A stretch of 64,000 nt of DNA from Piscinibacter sp. (GTDB taxonomy: Bacteria; Pseudomonadota; Gammaproteobacteria; Burkholderiales; Burkholderiaceae_C), in the NCBI RefSeq assembly GCF_016706565.1, contig NZ_JADJJI010000005.1; one strand, 5' to 3'. Under the pieces are notes generated by a model, which was given only the letters and a program-made list of their open reading frames with translations, did not search any database and was not told where the DNA came from. Positions within the stretch are counted from its first letter, which is position 1. Each line of letters begins with the position of its first letter. Shown here one piece after another: positions 17,714-30,961 of the stretch. The position numbers and the translations under genes were made by a program.

Positions 17714-18160
17714 ATGGCGAGCCGGCCCGAGTTGACCCTGTCGCTGCAGTTCGCCGATGCGTCGCACCGCGCGCAGCTGCCGCGGCACAAGGTGGCGCGC
17801 TGGATCCGTGCCGCGCTGGCCGCGCCGGCCGAGATCACCGTGCGCGTCGTCGATGGCGAGGAAGGCCAGGCGCTGAACCGCGACTTCCGCGGCAAGGACT
17901 ACGCGACCAACGTGCTCACCTTCGACTACAGCCGGGAGCCGGTGGTGTCGGCCGACCTGGTGCTGTGTGCGCCGGTGGTGGCGCGCGAGGCCGCCGAGCA
18001 AGCCAAGTCGATCGAGGCTCACTACGCCCATCTGCTGGTGCACGGCACGCTGCACGCCCAGGGCTTCGACCACGAGAGGGCGCGCGACGCCAAGGTGATG
18101 GAAGCGCGCGAGACGCAGATCCTCGCGGCGCTGGGCTTCGAGGATCCCTACGCGGCCTGA
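17714..18160 (+). CDS. ybeY: rRNA maturation RNase YbeY
   Basis: Metal-binding [11 protein letters not shown] motif. ATG sits 2 nt after the phoH stop. Confidence 0.9.
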   Translation: MASRPELTLSLQFADASHRAQLPRHKVARWIRAALAAPAEITVRVVDGEEGQALNRDFRGKDYATNVLTFDYSREPVVSADLVLCAPVVAREAAEQAKSIEAHYAHLLVHGTLHAQGFDHERARDAKVMEARETQILAALGFEDPYAA

Positions 18161-19053
18161 CTGGCTTGCACCGGCCGCGCCGGCCACAGCACCGAGGCGA
18201 TCGCCACCAGCATCAGCGCGATGGCGGCGAAGTCCTGCCAGTGCAGCTGCTCGTCGAGCCACCAGGCGCCCGACAGCGTGCCCAGCACCGGGATCATCAT
18301 CACCGACAGCGTCGATGCCACCGGCGCGAGGCTGCGCGCCAGGTACAGCCACACCGGCTGCGCGAAGCCGAAGATCATCACCGCGTTGAAGACGATCGTC
18401 GCCCACACCACGGCGCTGGGCTCGTGCCAGCGGTCGTGCTCCAGCACCGTGGCCAGCAAGGTCATCACGAGCGTCGTGATCACCGTCATCCAGAACACGA
18501 TGGCCAGCGTGGGCACCGGCATCCGTGTGCGCCGCAGCTGCTGCGTGCCCAGCGCCCAGACGGCGGCCGACACGAGCATGCCTGCCGCTGCCCAGGGGCG
18601 GCCTGTCATGCGGCCGAGCTCGTGCCACAGCAGCAGCGCCACGCCGATCGCCGCGGCGGCCACGCCCAGCAGCTGCCGCGGCGACAGCCGCTGGCCGAAC
18701 AGCGCCACGCCCCACAGGGCCGAGAACACCGGCATCGTGTAGCCGAGGATCGCCGCGCGGCCGGACGACAGCGCCTGCACCGACAGCACCGCCAGCACGT
18801 GCCAGACGATCATGTTGGTGAAGGTCAGCGAGCCCAGTTCGCGCCACTGGGCGCGCTCGATGCGCAGCGGCACCTTCATCGCACGCACCGCCACGTACAG
18901 CACCGGCAGGCCCAGCCACATCGACAGGGATCGGAAGGACAGCGGCGGGAAATGCGTGACCCCGAGCTTCATCACCGGCCAGTTCAAGCCCCAGACGAGC
19001 GTCAGAAGCACCAGCAGCACGATCTGTCGCGTGCTGAACTGCGCGCCGCTCAA
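18148..19053 (-). CDS. DMT (EamA) family transporter
   Basis: Ten-TM pattern with two EamA-like halves. Confidence 0.8.
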   Translation of the reverse strand: MSGAQFSTRQIVLLVLLTLVWGLNWPVMKLGVTHFPPLSFRSLSMWLGLPVLYVAVRAMKVPLRIERAQWRELGSLTFTNMIVWHVLAVLSVQALSSGRAAILGYTMPVFSALWGVALFGQRLSPRQLLGVAAAAIGVALLLWHELGRMTGRPWAAAGMLVSAAVWALGTQQLRRTRMPVPTLAIVFWMTVITTLVMTLLATVLEHDRWHEPSAVVWATIVFNAVMIFGFAQPVWLYLARSLAPVASTLSVMMIPVLGTLSGAWWLDEQLHWQDFAAIALMLVAIASVLWPARPVQASQAA

Positions 19054-20147
19054 TGCGAACTGCCCAGGTAGTTCTTGCGCCAGAAGTAGATGCTCAGGCC
19101 GATGCCGACGGCCAGCATGATGGCCGCGGCGATCCAGAACCCGGTGGCGGTGTGGATGAGGGGCAGCGCATCGAAGTTCATGCCGAAGAAGCCGGTCACG
19201 AGATTCAGCGGCAGGAAGATCGCGGTCAGCACGGTGAGGGTGCGCATGATGTTGCTGGTGCGATGGCTCTGCGCCGAGAAGTGCATCTGCACCGCTGTCT
19301 CGGCAGACGACTCGAGCCGGCGCACGTGCGTCAGCACGCGTTCGATGTGCTCGAGCACGTCGCGCGAGCGCAGCCGCAGCATCTCACGCTCTCGGCCGGT
19401 GCCGACGTCGGGCGCTTGCGGCCACTCCTCCAGGGCGTCGATCCATTCGATCAATGCGCTGCGCTGGTCCTCGCAGGTGTCTTCCAGCAGGTGCAGCGCG
19501 TTGCGTGATTCCAGCAACAGCTGCCAGTTGCGAAAATTGCCCTGTGGCCGGAACAACTCCTGCTGCAGGTGGGCGAACTGCCGCGTCAGCAGGCGGCGCA
19601 GCTCGAGGTAGCTGTCCACCATGTGGTTGACCATGCGCAGCATCAGGTCGGCCGGGCTGCTGGGCAGGCGCGGACCGGCCCGCGATTCGCTCGGCTGGCC
19701 CTGCAGTGCCAGGCGCCCGGCGAAATGGTCGCGTACCTGGCAGTCGGTGGGGTGAACGGTCAGCAGCACGCGGTCGAACACCGCGAAGCCGACCGGGCTG
19801 GTGTCGATCGCCTCGATGGCCGAGCGCCCGCTGGCCAGCGTGCCCTGGGTGTCGTCGACGAACATGCCCGCCGTGCCTGTGCCGGCAGCCAGGCGGCGGA
19901 ACACCAGCATGTCGTACACGGATGTGTAGTCGAAGTGCGAGGGCAGCTGGTTGTTGAGCAGGTCCGACACATGCAGGTCGACAAGCGTGCCGCCGGTCCA
20001 GGCCTGCAGCGAGGCCTGCAGCGTCGCCACGTTGACCTCGAACTCGCGCCGCGCCGCGCCGATCCAGAGATAGCCCGCGGCGGGCAGCGATTCGGGCAGC
20101 GTGTCGAGCTCGGCGAACTGGTCGCCGTGAACATGGAAGACGCGCAT
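19050..20147 (-). CDS. CorA family divalent metal transporter
   Basis: Soluble N-terminal domain plus two C-terminal TM helices carrying the GMN signature (VTGFFGMNF). Its stop overlaps the EamA start by 4 nt. Confidence 0.85.
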   Translation of the reverse strand: MRVFHVHGDQFAELDTLPESLPAAGYLWIGAARREFEVNVATLQASLQAWTGGTLVDLHVSDLLNNQLPSHFDYTSVYDMLVFRRLAAGTGTAGMFVDDTQGTLASGRSAIEAIDTSPVGFAVFDRVLLTVHPTDCQVRDHFAGRLALQGQPSESRAGPRLPSSPADLMLRMVNHMVDSYLELRRLLTRQFAHLQQELFRPQGNFRNWQLLLESRNALHLLEDTCEDQRSALIEWIDALEEWPQAPDVGTGREREMLRLRSRDVLEHIERVLTHVRRLESSAETAVQMHFSAQSHRTSNIMRTLTVLTAIFLPLNLVTGFFGMNFDALPLIHTATGFWIAAAIMLAVGIGLSIYFWRKNYLGSSH

Positions 20148-20159
20148 CGCGCCCCGGCC

Positions 20160-22959
<2,800 letters not shown>

Positions 22960-22994
22960 GCAGGTCGTGCAGCCCAGCCTCCTAGAATCGGGCA

Positions 22995-23321
22995 ATGAGT
23001 TATTACCAGCGACACATCTTCTTCTGCCTGAACCAGCGCGACAGCGGCGAGAACGCCTGCGCACAGCATGGGGCACAGGCGGGCTTCGACCACTGCAAGT
23101 CGCGCGTGAAGGGCGAGGGGCTGGCCCGCCCCGGCGGCGTGCGTGTCAACAAGGCCGGCTGCCTGGACCGCTGCGCCGGTGGCCCGGTGGCGGTGGTCTA
23201 CCCCGAAGCCGTCTGGTACACCTACGTGGACCAGCAAGACATCGACGAGATCGTCGACTCGCACCTGAAGAAGGGCCAGGTGGTGGAGCGCTTGCTGCTG
23301 CCGCCGAACGTCGGCCGGTGA
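22995..23321 (+). CDS. (2Fe-2S) thioredoxin-like ferredoxin
   Basis: HIFFCLNQR...ENAC...GCLDRCAGGPV cysteine pattern. Confidence 0.8.
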   Translation: MSYYQRHIFFCLNQRDSGENACAQHGAQAGFDHCKSRVKGEGLARPGGVRVNKAGCLDRCAGGPVAVVYPEAVWYTYVDQQDIDEIVDSHLKKGQVVERLLLPPNVGR

Positions 23322-23941
23322 ACAGCCACACCGTCCGCCAGCTCGTGCCCGGCCCGGCCGGTGCGATCGAGTGCGCCATCGACGCGCCCGCCGGCGCAGC
23401 CCTCGGCGTCGCCGTGATCTGCCACCCGCACCCGCAGCACGGCGGCACGATGGACAACAAGGTGGCGCAGACGCTGGCCCGGGCAGCCGTTGCACTGGGC
23501 TGGCGCAGCGTGCGCTTTAACTTCCGCGGCGTCGGCGATTCCGAAGGGGCCTGGGACGAGGGCCGCGGCGAGGTCGACGATGCGCTGGCGGTGATCGCCG
23601 CAATGCGCCGCCCCGGCGAGGCACTGCTGCTGGCCGGATTCTCCTTCGGCGCTTACGTCGCGTCACAGGCCGCGGCGCAACTGCCCGATGATGCGAAGCC
23701 GCAGCGCCTGGCGCTGGTCGGTCCGTCGACGCAGAAGCAGCAGATGCCCGCGGTGCCGGCCGACACGGTGGTGATCCACGGCGAGTCCGACGACGTGGTG
23801 CCGCTGTCGGCCACGCTCGACTGGGCGCGGCCTCAGGCGCTGCCGGTGATCGTGTTCCCCGGCGTCGGACACTTCTTCCACGGGCAGCTCGGGCTGCTCA
23901 AGCACACGCTGGTGCAGCAGTTGCGGACCCCGGCCGGCTGA
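23318..23941 (+). CDS. Alpha/beta hydrolase (short, YqiA/DUF-type)
   Basis: GTG at 23318 overlaps the ferredoxin stop (GTGA). HPHPQHGGTM and nucleophile-elbow GFSFGA motifs. Confidence 0.75.
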   Translation: MNSHTVRQLVPGPAGAIECAIDAPAGAALGVAVICHPHPQHGGTMDNKVAQTLARAAVALGWRSVRFNFRGVGDSEGAWDEGRGEVDDALAVIAAMRRPGEALLLAGFSFGAYVASQAAAQLPDDAKPQRLALVGPSTQKQQMPAVPADTVVIHGESDDVVPLSATLDWARPQALPVIVFPGVGHFFHGQLGLLKHTLVQQLRTPAG

Positions 23942-24019
23942 GCCCGAGTCGTAGACCGCAGTGAACCTTTCGGGCCCGGGCCTGCTCGGACCCTTGAACC
24001 TTTCGAACGAAACCTTCCG

Positions 24020-25183
24020 ATGAAGCGACTGAATGCCTGGCTGGCCGCACTGGCCCTTGCCCTCCCCCTGACCGTGCGCGCCCAGGCGCCGCAGCCGCCC
24101 GAGATCGCGGCGAAGAGCTACCTGCTGCTCGACGTGACCAGCAACCAGGTGCTCGCCGAGCGCAACGCCGACGCGCCGGCCGATCCGGCCTCGCTGACCA
24201 AGCTGATGACCGCCTATGTGGTCTTCAGCGCCATCCGCGACAAGAAGATCTCTGAAGACCAGATCCTGCCGGTCTCGCTGCGCGCCTGGGAAGAGCGCAA
24301 GGGCGGCGGCTCGCTGATGTTCATCGAGCCGCGCAGCACGCCCACGGTGTCGGACCTGCTGCGCGGCATGATCGTCAACTCGGGCAACGACGCCTCGGTG
24401 GCGCTGGCCGAGGGCGTGGGCGGCACGCTGCCCACCTTCATCGAGATGATGAACCGCCAGGCGCAGGCCTTCGGGCTGAAGAACACGGTGTTCAAGAACG
24501 TCACCGGCCTGACCGAGCCGGGCCACCACAGCTCGGCGCGCGATCTGGCGGTGATCGCCTCGCGCATCATCAAGGACTTCCCCGACTTCTACCCGATCTA
24601 CTCGACGCGCAAGTACCGATTCGAGGGCGCGCCGGCGAGCAACGAGAACAACCGCAACGTGCTGCTGCAGCGCGACCCGACGGTCGACGGCATGAAGACC
24701 GGCTACACCGAGGCGGCAGGTTATTGCCTGATCGCCAGCGCGCAGCGCGACTTCCCGAACGGCAAGCGGCGCCTGATCAGCGTGGTGCTCAACACCACCT
24801 CGATGGATGCGCGCGCCAACGAGAGCCAGAAGCTGCTGAACTGGGGGTACGCGGCCTGGGACGCGGTGCGCCTGTTCGAGCCGGGCAAGGCCATCGCCAC
24901 GCCGCAGGTCTGGAAGGGCAAGCTCAACGAAGCGAAGCTCGGCGTCGAGGCCGGCGTGTTCGTCACCGTGCCCAAGGGCGAAGGCAGCAAGCTGGTCACC
25001 AAGATCGAACGCACCGACCCGCTGGTCGCACCGCTGGCCAAGGGCCAGAAGGTGGGCGTGCTCAAGGTCGCCACGCCGGCCGGGCTGGCGGTGGCAGAAG
25101 TGCCGCTGGTGGTGCTGGAGGCGGTCGACGAGGCGGGCATCTTCGGCCGCGCCTGGGACGCCATCCGCCTGTGGATCAAGTAA
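24020..25183 (+). CDS. dacC: D-alanyl-D-alanine carboxypeptidase (PBP5/6, peptidase S11)
   Basis: Signal peptide. SLTKLMT (SxxK), SGND (SxN) and KTGYT (KTG) motifs. Confidence 0.9.
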   Translation: MKRLNAWLAALALALPLTVRAQAPQPPEIAAKSYLLLDVTSNQVLAERNADAPADPASLTKLMTAYVVFSAIRDKKISEDQILPVSLRAWEERKGGGSLMFIEPRSTPTVSDLLRGMIVNSGNDASVALAEGVGGTLPTFIEMMNRQAQAFGLKNTVFKNVTGLTEPGHHSSARDLAVIASRIIKDFPDFYPIYSTRKYRFEGAPASNENNRNVLLQRDPTVDGMKTGYTEAAGYCLIASAQRDFPNGKRRLISVVLNTTSMDARANESQKLLNWGYAAWDAVRLFEPGKAIATPQVWKGKLNEAKLGVEAGVFVTVPKGEGSKLVTKIERTDPLVAPLAKGQKVGVLKVATPAGLAVAEVPLVVLEAVDEAGIFGRAWDAIRLWIK

Positions 25184-25202
25184 GCTGAAAGCCTTTCGAG
25201 GA

Positions 25203-26096
25203 GTGCCCATGCAGACCCTGCCCGACACGCTGTGCTACCTCAACGGCGAGTACAGCTCGCTGCGCGACGCCAAGGTGTCGGTGCTCGACCGCGGCTTCAT
25301 CTTCGGCGACGGCATCTACGAGGTCGTGCCGGTCTACGGCCGGCGGCTGTTCCGCTTCGATGAGCATCTGGCGCGGCTGGGCCGCAGCCTGGCCAAGCTG
25401 CGCATCGCCAACCCGCATTCGCCGGAGCAATGGCTGGAGCGCAGCCGCAAGCTGGTCGCCGCGCTGGCCGAGAAGGCCGGGGCCGAGGATCAGTTGATCT
25501 ACATCCAGGTGACGCGCGGCGTGGCATTGCGCGACCACGTGATGCCCACCGACATCGAGCCCACCGTCTTCATGATGGCCAGCCCGATGAAGCACGCTAC
25601 GGCCGAGCAGCGGCACCACGGCGTGGCCTGCGTGACGGCGCGCGACTTCCGCTGGGAGCGCGGCGACATCAAGAGCACTTCGCTGCTGGGCAACGTGCTG
25701 GCGCGGCAGATGTCGGCCGACCACGGCGCCGTAGAGACCGTCATGTTCCGCGACGGCTACCTCACCGAGGCCTCGGCGAGCAACGTCTGGGTGGTGCACG
25801 AGGGCGCGGTGCTCGGGCCACCGAAGAGCGAGCATGTGCTCGAAGGCATCCGCTACGACCTGATCCGTGAGCTGTGCGAGGAAACCGGCATCGCCTACAA
25901 CCTGCGCCCGATTCCCGAGGGCGAGGTGCTCGCAGCCGACGAACTGCTGCTCAGCTCGGCCACCAAGGAAGTGCTGCCCATCACCAAGCTCGACGGCCAG
26001 CCCGTCGGCCACGGCGCGCTGCGCGGCAAGCCGGGGCCGGTGTACGCGCGCCTGTACGAGGCCTACCAGAGGGCGAAGGCGGCGCAATCGATCTGA
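25203..26096 (+). CDS. Class IV aminotransferase (D-amino-acid transaminase-like)
   Basis: [12 protein letters not shown] and EASASNVW motifs. Position between dacC and ybeD. Confidence 0.85.
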   Translation: MPMQTLPDTLCYLNGEYSSLRDAKVSVLDRGFIFGDGIYEVVPVYGRRLFRFDEHLARLGRSLAKLRIANPHSPEQWLERSRKLVAALAEKAGAEDQLIYIQVTRGVALRDHVMPTDIEPTVFMMASPMKHATAEQRHHGVACVTARDFRWERGDIKSTSLLGNVLARQMSADHGAVETVMFRDGYLTEASASNVWVVHEGAVLGPPKSEHVLEGIRYDLIRELCEETGIAYNLRPIPEGEVLAADELLLSSATKEVLPITKLDGQPVGHGALRGKPGPVYARLYEAYQRAKAAQSI

Positions 26097-26101
26097 ACGC
26101 G

Positions 26102-26377
26102 ATGAAAGAGATCCCGCCCGAGCAATCGCTGATCGAGTACCCGTCGCAGTTCCCCATCAAGGTGATGGGCGAGAACGTGGACGGCTTCGCGCAGGCGGTC
26201 GTGATGGTCGCCCGGCAGTTCGACCCGGGTTTCGACGCCGCGACCGTCGAGACGCGTTCGAGCAAGGCCGGCAAGTATCTCGGTGTGACGATCACCGTCA
26301 CCGCGACCAGCCGCGAGCAGCTCGACGAGCTCTACCGCACGCTGTCGACGCACCCGATGGTGAAGGTGGTGCTCTGA
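26102..26377 (+). CDS. ybeD: YbeD/DUF493 family protein
   Basis: [13 protein letters not shown] motif, 91 aa, classical position upstream of lipB. Confidence 0.85.
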   Translation: MKEIPPEQSLIEYPSQFPIKVMGENVDGFAQAVVMVARQFDPGFDAATVETRSSKAGKYLGVTITVTATSREQLDELYRTLSTHPMVKVVL

Positions 26378-26394
26378 ACGCTCCGCTGGTCCGC

Positions 26395-27044
26395 GTGCTC
26401 GGCCGCGTCGATTACGAGGCGACGGTGGACGCGATGCGCGGCTTCAGCGAACAGCGCGACGAGGCCACGCCCGACGAGGTCTGGTTGTGCGAGCACGCGC
26501 CGGTCTACACGCAAGGCCTGGCCGGCCAGGCCGGCCACGTGCTGAACCCGCGCGGCATCCCGGTGGTGCCCACCAACCGCGGCGGCCAGGTCACGTACCA
26601 CGGCCCGGGGCAGGTGGTGGCCTACCCGCTGGTCGACCTGAAGCGCCTGGGCATCTACGTCAAGGAATACGTCTACCGGCTGAGCACTGCGTGATCAAGA
26701 CGCTCGAGGGCTTCGGCATCACCGGCCACCGTGTCGCGGGCGCGCCCGGCATCTACGTCGAACTCGCCGATCCCGCCGGGCATGCGGCGCGCACCGGCCC
26801 GCGGCGCGACCCGTTCGAGGGCCTGGGCAAGGTGGCCGCGCTGGGCATCAAGGTCACGCGGCATTGCACGTACCACGGGGTGGCGCTCAACGTGGCGATG
26901 GACCTGAGCCCCTTCGAGGGCATCAACCCGTGCGGCTATGCCGGCCTGCAAACGGTGGACCTCGCTAAAATCGGGGTTTCCACTGATTGGGACACCGTCG
27001 CGGGGCGACTTGGAGACAAGCTGGCATCGCACCTGAGCCCCTGA
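26395..27044 (+). pseudogene. lipB: Octanoyltransferase LipB, interrupted by a 1-nt frameshift near 26682
   Basis: The N-terminal half (…[14 protein letters not shown]…[35 protein letters not shown]) is in the frame that stops at 26692-26694. The C-terminal half ([13 protein letters not shown]…KVAALGIKV…YHGVALNV…INPCGYAG) continues in the -1 frame to 27044. The start codon is uncertain (GTG 26395 or CTG 26374). Confidence 0.8.
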
Positions 27045-27048
27045 GACC

Positions 27049-28032
27049 ATGGCGACCGAAAACGTCACCCACGAAGCGAAGAGCGCGGCCGAGTACGACG
27101 CCACCGCCAAACAGAAGTCGCAGGCCAAGACGGCGCGCATCCCGATCAAGGTGGTGGCGGCCGAGACGCTGAAGAAGCCCGACTGGATCCGCGTGAAGGC
27201 CGGCTCGCCGAGCACGCGCTTCTACGAGATCAAGCAGATCCTGCGCGAGCACAAGCTGCACACGGTGTGCGAGGAAGCCTCCTGCCCGAACATCGGCGAG
27301 TGCTTCGGCCACGGCACGGCCACCTTCATGATCATGGGCGACAAGTGCACGCGGCGCTGCCCGTTCTGCGACGTCGGCCACGGCCGGCCCGACCCGCTCG
27401 ATGCGGACGAGCCGTTGAACATGGCCAAGACGATTGCCGCGCTCAAGCTCAAGTACGTGGTCATCACCAGCGTCGACCGCGACGACCTGCGCGACGGCGG
27501 CGCGGGCCATTTCGTGGAGTGCATCCGCCAGGTGCGCGAACTCTCGCCGGCCACGCGCATCGAGATCCTGACGCCCGACTTCCGCGGCCGCATGGACCGC
27601 GCGCTCGAGATCCTGAAGGCCGCGCCGCCCGACGTGATGAACCACAACCTCGAGACCGTGCCGCGCCTGTACAAGGAAGCGCGGCCGGGCTCGGACTACG
27701 CCTTCTCGCTGAACCTGCTCAAGCGCTTCAAGGAGTTCGCTCCCGGCGTGCCCACCAAGAGCGGCCTGATGGTGGGCCTGGGCGAAACCGACGACGAGAT
27801 CCTGCAGGTGATGCGCGACATGCGCGAGCACGGCATCGACATGCTCACCATCGGCCAGTACCTGGCGCCGAGCGGCCACCACCTGCCGGTGCGCCGCTAC
27901 GTGCACCCGGACACCTTCAGGATGTTCGAGGCCGAAGCGGCCAAGATGGGTTTCAGCCATGCGGCCGTTGGTGCGCTGGTGCGGTCCAGCTACCACGCCG
28001 ACCAGCAGGCCGCCTCTGCCGGCGTCGCTTGA
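27049..28032 (+). CDS. lipA: Lipoyl synthase
   Basis: [13 protein letters not shown] and radical-SAM CTRRCPFC motifs, collinear with LipA. Confidence 0.97.
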   Translation: MATENVTHEAKSAAEYDATAKQKSQAKTARIPIKVVAAETLKKPDWIRVKAGSPSTRFYEIKQILREHKLHTVCEEASCPNIGECFGHGTATFMIMGDKCTRRCPFCDVGHGRPDPLDADEPLNMAKTIAALKLKYVVITSVDRDDLRDGGAGHFVECIRQVRELSPATRIEILTPDFRGRMDRALEILKAAPPDVMNHNLETVPRLYKEARPGSDYAFSLNLLKRFKEFAPGVPTKSGLMVGLGETDDEILQVMRDMREHGIDMLTIGQYLAPSGHHLPVRRYVHPDTFRMFEAEAAKMGFSHAAVGALVRSSYHADQQAASAGVA

Positions 28033-28045
28033 GCCCGCAGCGGCG

Positions 28046-29020
28046 ATGCCACCGAGCGCCGCGTCCAGCGCTGCCGAACCTGCGCTGATCTGCGGCAACT
28101 GTCGCGCGCCGATGCAGCGGCTCATGCTGCCAGGCCACTATGGCCGCACGGTCGAGATCGATCTGTGCGGTGGCTGCCACCTGGTCTGGTTCGATCTTTC
28201 CGAGACGGCGCGGCTGACCGGTCCGGCGCTGCTCGATCTGATCGGAGCGATGGCACGCACACAGGACCTGCCGCACCTGACGCTGCGCCCGGACGCCGGC
28301 TGCGCACGCTGCGGCGCGACGCTGAAGACGGTGCACAACCGATCGCGCTGGGGCCGTTCGCTGCACCTCGAATGCCGCGCCGGCCATGGTGCCTACCAAT
28401 CGTTTGCGCAGTTTCTGCAGGAAAAGGGTCTGCTTCGGCCCCTGTCGCTGGTCGATCGGGCAAGGCTGCTGGAGCGCCACGGACACATCGACTGCGTCAA
28501 TTGCGGCGCGGCCCTGGGCAAGGGCGACGAGCAGTGCCGCTACTGCGGCTCGGTACCCAGCTTGCTGGACGTGGCGCGGCTGGCGCGAGCGCTCGACCCC
28601 GAAGGCGTGCTGGAGCCGCAGGCCGTGCACCAGGATCCCGCCCGCCAGGAAGCCATGCAATGTGGCGCCTGCGGTGCCGCGCTTCCGCCCGGCTTGTCGG
28701 TCGACTGTGCCCAGTGCGGCGCGACGCTCGCCATCAGCCGGCTCGGCGATGCCCATGAGCGCGTGGCCACGCTCGGCCCGGCGCTGCGTGCGCACGCGCA
28801 CAAGCCGGCGCCCGAGGTGGTCAGGCGTCGCCTCGATGCGCTCGATGCCGACCTGCCGCGCCGGCGCGAGTTCGCCGCCAAGATGCAGGCCGAGGCCGAT
28901 CAGCGCCGTGGCCGAGGCGAGGTCGGCGACTGGGGCGATCTTTTCTCGTCCGGCACTAATCCGCTGCGTGCGGTGCTGCTGGCACTGGCGATCTGGTTCG
29001 TCTGGTACTTCTGGGGCTGA
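28046..29020 (+). CDS. Multi zinc-ribbon protein with C-terminal membrane anchor
   Basis: At least four CxxC…CxxC pairs (CGNC…CGGC, CARC, CVNC…CRYC, CGAC…CAQC). Terminal TM helix NPLRAVLLALAIWFVWYFWG. ATG at 28046 comes just after the lipA stop. Confidence 0.65.
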   Translation: MPPSAASSAAEPALICGNCRAPMQRLMLPGHYGRTVEIDLCGGCHLVWFDLSETARLTGPALLDLIGAMARTQDLPHLTLRPDAGCARCGATLKTVHNRSRWGRSLHLECRAGHGAYQSFAQFLQEKGLLRPLSLVDRARLLERHGHIDCVNCGAALGKGDEQCRYCGSVPSLLDVARLARALDPEGVLEPQAVHQDPARQEAMQCGACGAALPPGLSVDCAQCGATLAISRLGDAHERVATLGPALRAHAHKPAPEVVRRRLDALDADLPRRREFAAKMQAEADQRRGRGEVGDWGDLFSSGTNPLRAVLLALAIWFVWYFWG

Positions 29021-29086
29021 TCCCGGGTATGGCGGCCGCGCCGCGAGCAATGGCAAGATGGCGGACCGAATTCATGGGGGTGCGCG

Positions 29087-29776
29087 ATGCGGCGTAGGCA
29101 ATTCACGGCAGGGATCATCACGGCGCCGGCGCTGTTCGGCCTGGCCTCTCCGGCCCAAGCCCTCGGCTTGAGCGAGACCGATGCGGCCGCCGGCGTGCGC
29201 GCCGCGCTCGAGCGTGGCGCGGTGAGTGCCGTCGGCCTGCTGGGCAAGACCGATGGTTTCCTGGGCAATCCGAAGGTGCGCATTCCGCTGCCTGGCTTCC
29301 TGGCCGATGCGGCCAAGCTGCTCAAGGCGACCGGCCAGCAAAAGCGCGTCGACGAACTCGTCACGGCGATGAACCGCGCTGCCGAGGCGGCGATGCCCGA
29401 GGCGAAGGCCTTGCTCATCGGTGCGGTCAAGTCGATGAGCGTGGAAGACGCCCGCCAGGTCATCACCGGCGGCGACAACTCGGTGACGCAGTTCTTCGCC
29501 GGCAAGACGCGCGAGCCGCTGGGCGTGAAGTTCCTGCCCATCGTGACCAAGGCGACCGAGAAGGTGTCGCTGGCGTCGAAGTACAACGCGGTGGCCGGCA
29601 AGGCCATGGGCCTGGGCCTGGTCAAGAAGGAAGACGCGAACGTCCAGCAGTACGTTACCGGCAAGGCACTCGACGGGCTGTACCTGATGATCGGCGAGGA
29701 AGAACGCAAGATCCGACAGAACCCGGTGGCCACCGGCAGCGCGATCCTGAAGAAGGTCTTCGGGTCGTTGAAGTAG
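29087..29776 (+). CDS. DUF4197 family periplasmic protein
   Basis: Tat-like signal MRRRQFTAG…AQA. FLGNPKVRIPLP and LDGLY…EE..IR.NP motifs are characteristic of DUF4197. Confidence 0.8.
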   Translation: MRRRQFTAGIITAPALFGLASPAQALGLSETDAAAGVRAALERGAVSAVGLLGKTDGFLGNPKVRIPLPGFLADAAKLLKATGQQKRVDELVTAMNRAAEAAMPEAKALLIGAVKSMSVEDARQVITGGDNSVTQFFAGKTREPLGVKFLPIVTKATEKVSLASKYNAVAGKAMGLGLVKKEDANVQQYVTGKALDGLYLMIGEEERKIRQNPVATGSAILKKVFGSLK

Positions 29777-29806
29777 GGCGGGCAGGGCGCGAAGGCGCCC
29801 GTTCGC

Positions 29807-30961
29807 CTACAGGCCCTTCGACAACTCGAACATCAGCGCCGACGGCAACGAACTGTCGATCACGTCGCGGCCCACACGGGCCACGTTCGAGCCGCTGAAG
29901 CCCGACATCTCGAAGGTGTTGCCTTCCTCGATGATTTCGATGAAGACGAAGTCGGGCACCTCGGCGCTGATCTCCTCGCGCAGATGGGCGAACTTCTCGC
30001 CCCGCTGGATCGACTCGATGACGATCGCGTGCGGCAGGCCTTCGCGGCAGAACTCGCTGGCTTCGTCCACCGAGTTCACGAAGTCGATGATCAGGCCCAT
30101 GTTGCGCAGCGCGTCGCGGATCTGCACGCGCACTTCGCGGCGCGAGGCAACCACGAGCACGTGGCTGCCGGCCAGCGGCTTGGAATTGGACGAGGGCGCA
30201 AAGCCTTCATCGATCTCCATCGTGCTGACACCGGAAATCTCGTCGTTGGCGGTCCGCGGGAATTCGATCGTCAGCGTGGTCTGGGTGGCGTCGTCTTGGC
30301 GGTGGATCGGCAGACCCATGGTCCAGGCTGTCTGCTCGAGAAGGCGCCAGCTCAGGGACTCCAGCACCGACGGGTCCGGCGTGGCTTCGGCCGTGGGAGG
30401 CAGGTCCGCCGGACGATGGGCGAAGCGGCACACGAGCTGCGCATGCGCCGGCCAGGACTTCATCTCGATGCGGAACTCGATGTTCGAGCGCGCATGGCCC
30501 AGCGCCCAGTCGAGCACGGCATTGAGCAGGCTGAACAGCAGCGACGCATCGACGATGACCTCCGCCGGCTTGAGCGTCGGCTTGAGCACGATTCCGCGCG
30601 CCTGTGTCTCGCGATGCCGGTGCGCGAGCACGCCCTTGAGCGTGTCGGCGAGCTGCAGCCGCTCGTGCGACTGGCGCAAGCGTCCCGAGGCGAAACGCGA
30701 GATCTGCTGGCCGATCATGCCGGCCTGGCGGGCGAGCTCGACCTCGTCGCGCAGGGAACGCAGCCCGGCCCGGTCGATCTTGCCGCTGGTGATCAGCGCA
30801 TGGATACGCTCCAGCGCCGCCGTCAGAGGGGCGGCCGTGGCCGCACCGATCTCCAGCACGAGCTGATGCCAGCGCTGCGTTGATTCGGAGTCGTCGGCCG
30901 GAGGCGCCGGATGCGAACGGCCCTGCCCGCCGTTCTTTCGTTCGAGGTCTGACATGTCCAT
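29807..30961 (-). CDS. Degenerate histidine-kinase-like / receiver-like fusion protein (hypothetical)
   Basis: N-box-like LLFSLLNAVLDWALGHA and a C-terminal CheY-like beta-alpha pattern (HVLVVASRREVRVQIRDALRNMGL…AIVIES). The start is uncertain: ATG 30961/30955 with AAGGA upstream, and the ORF is open to GTG 31048. Confidence 0.6.
   Translation of the reverse strand: MDMSDLERKNGGQGRSHPAPPADDSESTQRWHQLVLEIGAATAAPLTAALERIHALITSGKIDRAGLRSLRDEVELARQAGMIGQQISRFASGRLRQSHERLQLADTLKGVLAHRHRETQARGIVLKPTLKPAEVIVDASLLFSLLNAVLDWALGHARSNIEFRIEMKSWPAHAQLVCRFAHRPADLPPTAEATPDPSVLESLSWRLLEQTAWTMGLPIHRQDDATQTTLTIEFPRTANDEISGVSTMEIDEGFAPSSNSKPLAGSHVLVVASRREVRVQIRDALRNMGLIIDFVNSVDEASEFCREGLPHAIVIESIQRGEKFAHLREEISAEVPDFVFIEIIEEGNTFEMSGFSGSNVARVGRDVIDSSLPSALMFELSKGL

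Noticed and set aside
26675-26695. Programmed -1 ribosomal frameshift as the explanation for the lipB frame change.
   Set aside because: There is no X XXY YYZ slippery heptamer at the junction (c cgg ctg agc) and no obvious downstream pseudoknot. LipB is not known to use recoding. A 1-nt deletion or a sequencing error is simpler.
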